Source: a virus (taxonomy: Duplodnaviria; Caudoviricetes). From it: 26,921 bases of DNA. Below are positions 8,633 through 14,622 of the stretch, one piece after another (within the stretch, counting starts at the first letter, position 1; every line of letters starts with the position of its first letter). Position numbers and translations under genes: made by a program. Below the pieces are notes generated by a model. That model saw nothing but the letters and a program-made list of their open reading frames with translations, was not told the origin of the DNA and did no database searches. The stretch is from the IMG/VR virus record IMGVR_UViG_3300025848_000161, positions 1-26,921 of that record; one strand, written 5' to 3'.

Positions 8633-8669
8633 ACAAACAACAAGCGGGCAGGCCATTCGACCCGCCCGC
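8633..8669 (-). terminator. putative intrinsic terminator of the first leftward operon
   Basis: Minus strand GCGGGCGGG-TCGAATGG-CCTGCCCGC followed by TTGTTGTTTGT, downstream of the stop at 8692. Confidence 0.55.
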
Positions 8670-8691
8670 CCGCCTAGATCACCCGCCCGCA

Positions 8692-8859
8692 CTACCTACG
8701 AAACCGGTAACCCGCGCGTTCTAGCTCGCGTCTCCGGCGCGCACGATACCGGCGCGCACGCGCGCGATTCTCCGGTAAGCACGCGCCCGCGAGAACCCAC
8801 ACACCCACAATGGCAACGTGAAACAGCGCGAACCCAATCAGATCACCCAACCGGATCAC
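8692..8859 (-). CDS. small membrane protein with Arg-rich tail (~55 aa)
   Basis: Hydrophobic 'LIGFALFHVAIVGVWVLAGACL' then 'RARARRYRARRRR'; start uncertain. Confidence 0.55.
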   Translation of the reverse strand: MIRLGDLIGFALFHVAIVGVWVLAGACLPENRARARRYRARRRRELERAGYRFRR

Positions 8860-9130
8860 CCGCGCCCACGTAGACACCAATCGCGCCATCAGACAGCATC
8901 GAAGACACCCAATTGCCATCCCAACCGGCGCGCGCCAGATACTCACGGAACGCGCGCACGTAGTTCTCTTGCGGGCTTAGACCGTGATCCCACGTGACCG
9001 TGATCCGGTTGGGATCGAGCGCGCCCGCCGGATTATCGAACCGCGTCACGCGAATACGTGTACCGGTTCTGTTATTGGGGCCATAGAACCGGGCGCGTAA
9101 TGTGGCCCGCCCGCTCTCACGAACATTCAT
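8843..9130 (-). CDS. hypothetical phage protein (95 aa)
   Basis: (GA)n RBS; 'RFYGPNNRTGTRIRV...VTWDHGLS..ENY' resembles a recurrent phage early-protein family. Confidence 0.8.
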   Translation of the reverse strand: MNVRESGRATLRARFYGPNNRTGTRIRVTRFDNPAGALDPNRITVTWDHGLSPQENYVRAFREYLARAGWDGNWVSSMLSDGAIGVYVGAGDPVG

Positions 9131-9170
9131 AATCTGCTCTCTCTCTCTTAGAACCGGCGACTATCGCCGG

Positions 9171-9223
9171 TAGTGCGGGTGTGGGGATCGAACCCACAAG
9201 CGCGCCAACACACGCGCACCCGC
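9171..9223 (-). ncRNA. anticodon-less tRNA-like element C
   Basis: GCGGGT-G-CGCG(TGTGTTGG)CGCG-CTT-GTGGG(TTCGATC)CCCAC-ACCCGC-ACTA, followed by hairpin CCGGCGA(TAG)TCGCCGG at 9154-9170. Confidence 0.8.
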
Positions 9224-9230
9224 CAACCAA

Positions 9231-9482
9231 TCACGACAATTCGCGCGTACCTATCTCATACGAACCCGCGCGGACGTGTCCGCCCAATCCGCGCCGGTCT
9301 AATTCTTCCGCGACAGTAACCGCCACCAACCGCACCAATTCCCCGCGCACGTCATCAACAATCGCCCGCCAATCATCGACAGCAAGTCCATAGTTCGCCG
9401 CCCACTCAACACCCGACACACACACACTCACCGGGAACGACAGCTGAATAGTGTCCCCCATAGTTTCCACTTTGGTACTCAT
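9231..9482 (-). CDS. hypothetical protein (83 aa)
   Basis: ATG 9482 directly after a long (GA)n RBS; flanked by elements C and D. Confidence 0.8.
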   Translation of the reverse strand: MSTKVETMGDTIQLSFPVSVCVSGVEWAANYGLAVDDWRAIVDDVRGELVRLVAVTVAEELDRRGLGGHVRAGSYEIGTRELS

Positions 9483-9521
9483 ATCTCTCTCTCTCTCTCT
9501 AGAACCGGCGACTATCGCCGG

Positions 9522-9570
9522 TAGTGCGGGTGTGGGGATCGAACCCACGTGCGCCCAACCGCGCACCCGC
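9522..9570 (-). ncRNA. anticodon-less tRNA-like element D
   Basis: GCGGGT-GCGC(GGTTGG)GCGC-AC-GTGGG(TTCGATC)CCCAC-ACCCGC-ACTA, followed by hairpin CCGGCGA(TAG)TCGCCGG at 9505-9521; 3' half identical to element C. Confidence 0.8.
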
Positions 9571-9578
9571 CAACCAGA

Positions 9579-10097
9579 TCACGCGCCGGTCACACTCTCC
9601 GAATCCGGCGACACCCACACAATCACGGTATGACGTTCACCCGCAAGCTTAGACCCGCAACACTCGCACGGCCATTTAGCGAACGTCGTCACGCCATCAG
9701 TAGGCCACGCGCCATCGATCAGATACGGAAACACACCCGCCGGCCGTTCGCGCGTATCGTCCGGCGAATCTTCCCAACCGTCACACACACCATTCGCCAA
9801 CACTTGCACGCAGTCGATGCACACATCGACCGAATCAGTATCGCGCCATACGTCCGCGTATCCCGATTCGTACGCGTCACATACGTCGTCCGCGTACTCG
9901 TCGCCTAACGCATCGATCAGATCACCCAACATTTCGCGCACACTCTCACCCGCAAACACACCCGATAACGGATCAGTCCGATACTCGCCATCGTTCCGGT
10001 CATACGTCGCGTGTTCTTCCCCACGCTTACGCGCCATATCTAGAAACGTTTCTACGGGCAGAACAAGCCCAAACACTTTCCGGTCACCGGTACTCAT
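9579..10097 (-). CDS. acidic hypothetical protein with C-terminal zinc-binding motif (172 aa)
   Basis: (GA)n RBS; CIDC and 'WPCECCGSKLAGERH'; Asp-rich N-terminal half. Confidence 0.8.
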   Translation of the reverse strand: MSTGDRKVFGLVLPVETFLDMARKRGEEHATYDRNDGEYRTDPLSGVFAGESVREMLGDLIDALGDEYADDVCDAYESGYADVWRDTDSVDVCIDCVQVLANGVCDGWEDSPDDTRERPAGVFPYLIDGAWPTDGVTTFAKWPCECCGSKLAGERHTVIVWVSPDSESVTGA

Positions 10098-10136
10098 ATC
10101 TCTCTCTCTTTCTGTTATCTCCGGCCGGTTGGCCGG

Positions 10137-10189
10137 TAGTGCCTAGCGGGGAATCGAACCCCGAACCGCGCCAACACACGCGACTAGGC
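10137..10189 (-). ncRNA. anticodon-less tRNA-like element E
   Basis: GCCTAG-T-CGCG(TGTGTTGG)CGCG-GTT-CGGGG(TTCGATT)CCCCG-CTAGGC-ACTA, followed by hairpin CCGGCC(AACC)GGCCGG at 10121-10136. Confidence 0.8.
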
Positions 10190-10197
10190 GAACCAGA

Positions 10198-10443
10198 TCA
10201 CGCGAACGGATTCGGACGCGCCATTTCTTCCCACATCAGATTCTCGCACTCATCGAACGTGAGAACCACACGCGCACCCGCACCAACCACACCCGACACC
10301 AGCGACACACACACCCGCGCCCGCTTGTGATCGATCGAATCCACCCGCACACACTCGCCGGTCTGACCATAGAACCGGCGCGTCACGTTATAGGAGAACC
10401 CAACCATAGGGAACCAACCAAACCGCACACACTCGCTACTCAT
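10198..10443 (-). CDS. hypothetical protein (81 aa), first gene of the leftward early operon
   Basis: Long (GA)n RBS at about 10446-10461; promoter just upstream. Confidence 0.75.
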   Translation of the reverse strand: MSSECVRFGWFPMVGFSYNVTRRFYGQTGECVRVDSIDHKRARVCVSLVSGVVGAGARVVLTFDECENLMWEEMARPNPFA

Positions 10444-10487
10444 ATCTCTCTCTCTCTCTCTAATGGTGACCTACTGCCACACACCCG

Positions 10488-10517
10488 ATTCTAAGCACAC
10501 ACCACACACCTAGTCAA
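10488..10517 (-). promoter_or_regulatory. strong leftward SigA-type promoter
   Basis: Minus strand TTGACT (10517-10512), 18 nt, TAGAAT (10493-10488). Confidence 0.75.
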
Positions 10518-10519
10518 TA

Positions 10520-10680
10520 ACCAACCAGATCACCCGCCAACAGCTTGACACCACACCCGGTTCTCGCTACCTACCAACCACACACACACCCGCCAACCAG
10601 ATCACCCAACCAGACCACACCACACACCAACCAACCAACCACACCACACACCTAGATCACCACACCACACACCTAGTTCT
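10520..10680. repeat. low-complexity C/A-rich region with repeated CCAACCAGATCAC and CACACCTAG units
   Basis: ccaaccagatcac at about 10521 and 10593, cctagatcac at 10651, several cacaccacac runs; no credible ORF. Confidence 0.6.
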
Positions 10681-11153
10681 AGGCGCGACACTCTCAACAC
10701 TCACCCGCCGGCGCGCACACGTTCGGCGCGTTCGGTTCGGTTGTTCGGCGTGTGTGGGTGTGGGCGGGTTCTCTCTCGCGTCGATCGAATCTTGCGGGTG
10801 ACGTGTCGGACGTGTCGAACACACCCGCCACCCTCTGAGACACGCGCCAACACGCAACCGGGGGTGTGCCGCGCGCGCAGGCGACGTACCTATATATTAG
10901 TTGTGTTGTGCAAGTGTGGTTTTTGGGGTTGGCGGCTTTGAGGGTGTAGGGATGGTTTAGTCCTCCCGCTGTTTGAGTTGTTTCTCTGGTCGCCGGTTTT
11001 TTCAGGACGGTCACCGTTCGCATTTGTGTCGTTTGGACGCTGCTCGATCATGTCGGTGCATGATCGTCTACCCACGTTTCCGTGTGTCATCCTCGCAAGC
11101 CGTGCAGGTGGCTAGGGGTCTGTGTGGGGGGTTTGGTTGTGGGGTTGATTGTA

Positions 11154-11930
11154 TCAGGTGGGTGGGGGTGTTTGGCAGGTGCAGGGGGTGACGGCTTCTG
11201 TGCCGTCTTTGCGGGTGATGTAGACCCATCCGTTGTGGCATTGGCCGCAGAGGGGTGGTGGGGTTTTGGGGGTGGGTGGGGTGGGGGTTGGGGTGTTTTG
11301 GTGGTCGAGCCAGCGTTCGGCGTTGAGCCATGTGGTGGGGTGGGCGATGTATTGGGGGTCTTTGGGGCAGGTGATGGTGTAAAGCTGGGTGGCTTCGATG
11401 ATGGTGGTGGGGGTGGTTTTTCGGAGGGCAGTTTTCCATGCTTTTCGGGCTGCGCCTTTTCCGATTTTGCGTGGGTAGTGGTTCCAGAACGTTTCGAATC
11501 CATCATCTTCGGATGATGTGGTGTGTGTTTGTTCTTGGCTTTGGTTCTTCTTCTTTGATTTGGTGGGCATCTGTGCGGCTATCCCCTCCGCATCTGTGCG
11601 GCTACCTGTCCGCAACGGTGCGGCTACCCCCATGTGGAGTGTGTAGAGGTTGGTTTGGGGTTGGCCGGGTGTGCTGGTGCGGTGTTGGATGCTGATGGCG
11701 TTGATTTTGTGGAGTTCTTTGAGTGCGCGGTCTACGGTGTCGGTGGAGCAGCTCATTCTTTTGGCGAGTGTGTTGCGGGATGGCCAGCAGGTGTTTTGGT
11801 TGTTGGCGTAGCGTTGGAGTAGGGCGAATGTTCTGACGGCTGTGGGGCTGATGGGTGCGTCAAGTATCCATTCGGGGATGATGGCGAAGTATGCGTCGGC
11901 TTGTAGTCGGGGTGTGGTATGCTCGTCCAT
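11154..11930 (-). CDS. helix-turn-helix replication initiator / replisome organizer
   Basis: Start ATG 11930 with AGGAAAGGA RBS; 'CWPSRNTLAKRMSCSTDTVDRALKEL' HTH; 'FETFWNHYPRKIGKGAARKAW' and 'HPTTWLNAERWLD' C-terminal domain; terminal CGQC...CTC. Confidence 0.85.
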   Translation of the reverse strand: MDEHTTPRLQADAYFAIIPEWILDAPISPTAVRTFALLQRYANNQNTCWPSRNTLAKRMSCSTDTVDRALKELHKINAISIQHRTSTPGQPQTNLYTLHMGVAAPLRTGSRTDAEGIAAQMPTKSKKKNQSQEQTHTTSSEDDGFETFWNHYPRKIGKGAARKAWKTALRKTTPTTIIEATQLYTITCPKDPQYIAHPTTWLNAERWLDHQNTPTPTPPTPKTPPPLCGQCHNGWVYITRKDGTEAVTPCTCQTPPPT

Positions 11931-12132
11931 GACGGCAGTTTTCCTTTCCTGTTGTCCTTGCTTCCGGCAATCGGGTTGGGTTGCGCGGGGGTAGTTTGAG
12001 TGTACACCTTCTGTCGGGGTTGTGTGTATACTGAGGGTTGTCGGCCTGTTGCTCTCTCTCCGGGCCGGCAACCTGCACGCCTCCATCCGGCATCCCCCTG
12101 CCGAGTGGGGGTTTGTGCTTTACTGGAGCGAT

Positions 12133-14133
12133 ATGGCTGGCACGAAAAATTCTGGGCGACGCGGTATTTCGGGTGATGATAAAGCTCGTTTTTGGGCGGC
12201 GATCAATGCGGGTGTGTCGATTACTGAGGCTTGCAAGATTGCGGGTATTCATTACAACACCGGTCAGAATTGGGTGGCGAAGAATAAGTTGTTGAACGCC
12301 CAGTTGCAGCAGGCGCAGGTGGATGCGAAGGTTGCTGGGGCGAAGGCGCATAGGTCTGGTGAGACGATGCGTCGTTTGCAGGTTGATTTGGCTGATATGG
12401 CCGAGTTGCCTCCGGTGATTCCGTATGACCGTTTGTCGGAGCGGGCGAAACGCGGCTGGGACGATTTCGATTATTTTCGTCGCGTCTATTTGGGCCGTGT
12501 CCCGTCTCCGTGGCAGGTTGATGCGGCGTACAAGATTGTGTCGTATTTGGAGTCGGAGGACAAAGAGTTCATGGTGTTGAACTGTCCTCCGGGTGCAGGT
12601 AAATCGACGTTGTTCCATGATGTTGCGGTTTGGTGCATTGTGCGGAACCGGGCGATTCGTGTGTTGATCGGTTCGATTTCGCAGACATTGGCGAAGATGT
12701 ATTCGCGTCGTATTCGTGAGACGTTGGAACGTCCTACTCGTTTGATCGCAGACCCGGAGTTGGTGCGTAAGGGTTTGGCGGTTGATGCGGAGGCGTGTTT
12801 GGCGCATGATTACGGCCGTTTCAAGCCGATCGCGTCAGGTTCGTTGTGGCGGGCCGAGGAGTTCATTGTTGAGCAGATGATCCCCGGAATGTTGGAGAAC
12901 AAGGAGCCGACTGTTTCGGCGTACGGTATTGATTCTGAGTTCATCGGTCATCGTGCCGACTTGTGTTTGTTTGATGACGTGGCTTCCCCCGAGAACTCGA
13001 AGGAGTCTGTTGCGCGTGATCGTCTGTTGGAGCGTTGGGATTCGATGGCTGAGGCTCGTTGTGATCCGGGCGGTTTGGTGTCGGTGATCGGTCAGCGGTT
13101 GGGGCCGGGTGACTTGTACGCCCATTGTTTGAGCAAAGTGATCTACGAGGATGTGGACGATACTGAGGGTTCGGGCGACGATCTGACGGTCGATGAGGCG
13201 ATGTCTGATCCGGTTCGGAAACAGAAATATCATCATCTGATCTATCGGGCGTACTACGAAGAGTTGGATACCGGCCCGAAAAGCCGTCGCAAGGATGCTC
13301 CGGCATGGCCGGACGGCCCACTTCTCGATCCGGTGCGTCTGTCATGGAAAGAAACCTTGTCGTTCGTGAAACAGAACCAGCCGACAAAGTTTCGGGTGGT
13401 ATACCAGCAAGAAGATATTGACACCGACTATCAGCTGGTTGAGCGAACCATGTTGACGGGTGGTGTCGGTTCGGACGGCGTGTTCTATTCGGGGTGTATC
13501 GATCGGGAACGGCAACCCGGATTTTTGCCTCGCGGCCTGTCAGCCCCGTGGGTGTCGATCATTTCGGTTGACCCGTCTCCATCCCAGTTTTGGGGTGTGA
13601 TCTGGACTGTTGTACAGCCCGATATGGGGTTGTATCACGTGGTTGATTTGGAGCGGGTGAAGTTGACGGCTGAGGAACTGTTGGGTTACTCGATGTCTAC
13701 CGGCCAGTATTCAGGCATTTTGGAGGATTGGGTTCAACGGGCCGACGATATGGGTTATCCGGTGTCGCATATTGTGGTGGAGATCAATGCGGCGCAACGG
13801 TTTTTGTTGGCACACGATTTTGTGCGTCGTTGGCAGGCTTCGCGTGGTGTTTTGGTGGTTCCGCATACCACGTCAAGGAACAAGTTGGACGAGAATTTGG
13901 GTTTGGAAGCGTTGATCCCTCCGGTTGTGCGGTCGGGTTCGTTACGTCTTCCGACTTTGACGGCCAACTGGAAGACGTTGGCGTTGATCGAGGAACTGTG
14001 TTCGTGGACGAAAGATAAGCGGAAGGGGACAGACTTGGCGATGGCGTTGTGGTTCACGTTGTTGCACGCCCCGAAACTGTCGGAACCGAAGTTGCCACCC
14101 CAAATGTGGCGACCATCGTGGTTGTCGGCCTGA
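12133..14133 (+). CDS. terL: terminase large subunit with N-terminal HTH domain
   Basis: Start ATG 12133; Walker A 'PPGAGKST', Walker B 'LCLFDD', coupling 'IGQR', nuclease acidic motifs 'SVDPS', 'VVEINAAQ', 'TDLAMA'. Confidence 0.92.
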   Translation: MAGTKNSGRRGISGDDKARFWAAINAGVSITEACKIAGIHYNTGQNWVAKNKLLNAQLQQAQVDAKVAGAKAHRSGETMRRLQVDLADMAELPPVIPYDRLSERAKRGWDDFDYFRRVYLGRVPSPWQVDAAYKIVSYLESEDKEFMVLNCPPGAGKSTLFHDVAVWCIVRNRAIRVLIGSISQTLAKMYSRRIRETLERPTRLIADPELVRKGLAVDAEACLAHDYGRFKPIASGSLWRAEEFIVEQMIPGMLENKEPTVSAYGIDSEFIGHRADLCLFDDVASPENSKESVARDRLLERWDSMAEARCDPGGLVSVIGQRLGPGDLYAHCLSKVIYEDVDDTEGSGDDLTVDEAMSDPVRKQKYHHLIYRAYYEELDTGPKSRRKDAPAWPDGPLLDPVRLSWKETLSFVKQNQPTKFRVVYQQEDIDTDYQLVERTMLTGGVGSDGVFYSGCIDRERQPGFLPRGLSAPWVSIISVDPSPSQFWGVIWTVVQPDMGLYHVVDLERVKLTAEELLGYSMSTGQYSGILEDWVQRADDMGYPVSHIVVEINAAQRFLLAHDFVRRWQASRGVLVVPHTTSRNKLDENLGLEALIPPVVRSGSLRLPTLTANWKTLALIEELCSWTKDKRKGTDLAMALWFTLLHAPKLSEPKLPPQMWRPSWLSA

Positions 14134-14179
14134 AATATGTTACTCTTAGTGGTTGTCTGCCATCAATAAGGAGAAGATC

Positions 14180-14467
14180 ATGGCCGCGAAGAAGATGGGA
14201 AGTCCGAAGCCGCCTCCGGGTAATGGGAAGAAGCGGGTTTCGCAGGTCGAGCAGGCTGCTGCTGCGATTCAACGTCGGTACGGCAACAATGTTGCTGGTG
14301 CGAAGACGATGCGCGAGGCCATTCAGGGTTTGCAGGATGTTGTAGCTGAGTCGTCGTTGGTCGATAAGTATTCGATGCGGACGTTGGATGCTGCTGCAAC
14401 TCGTGTTGCTCAGAAGGCGTTTACTGGTATGACAAAGGCTCAACGCAAGAACAAGGGACGGATGTAA
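14180..14467 (+). CDS. basic hypothetical protein (95 aa)
   Basis: AAGGAG RBS before ATG 14180; 'MAAKK' start, Lys-rich. Confidence 0.7.
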   Translation: MAAKKMGSPKPPPGNGKKRVSQVEQAAAAIQRRYGNNVAGAKTMREAIQGLQDVVAESSLVDKYSMRTLDAAATRVAQKAFTGMTKAQRKNKGRM

Positions 14468-14616
14468 TGAAGTCGAATCCAAACAACAACGATTTTTCTG
14501 GTGGGTCTAAGAAGCGACCGAAGTCTGGTTTGGTTGATCCGTTGAGTTCGGCAATCAAGTTTATTCCGGGTATTGGGCCATTTTCGGTCACGTCAAAGGT
14601 CAAGAAAAAGAAGTAA
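14467..14616 (+). CDS. small basic protein (49 aa, not in ORF track)
   Basis: TAATG overlap; MKSNPNNNDF...VKKKK; fills the gap before the portal gene. Confidence 0.5.
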   Translation: MKSNPNNNDFSGGSKKRPKSGLVDPLSSAIKFIPGIGPFSVTSKVKKKK

Positions 14617-14622
14617 CGCTTG

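Noticed and set aside
8641-8697. Possible sixth tRNA-like element (TTCGACC and ACTACC on the + strand)
   Set aside because: Wrong strand and no proper T-stem or TGG hairpin; better explained as the minus-strand terminator
6712-10189. Calling the GGTTCGATYCC-containing elements ordinary tRNA genes or tRNA-derived attP sites
   Set aside because: They are only about 50 nt with no anticodon arm, have an 11-nt T/acceptor strand and no CCA, their stems differ while staying paired, and no integrase is present in the window
9139-10200. CRISPR array interpretation of the repeats
   Set aside because: The 'spacers' are whole genes of 250 nt or more, the repeats are divergent, and no cas genes are seen
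10545-10573. Rightward promoter from TTGACA at 10545
   Set aside because: No acceptable -10 at 16-18 nt spacing and no downstream gene
11068-11516. Pro/His-rich and Gly/Val-rich ORFs overlapping the rep 3' end
   Set aside because: Alternative-frame products of extreme G/T skew over a real gene
11860-12807. 315-aa minus-strand ORF and other long antisense ORFs (198..992, 15685..16365, 23263..23907, 24723..25457)
   Set aside because: Shadow ORFs opposite well-supported genes in GC-rich DNA, with no RBS or motifs
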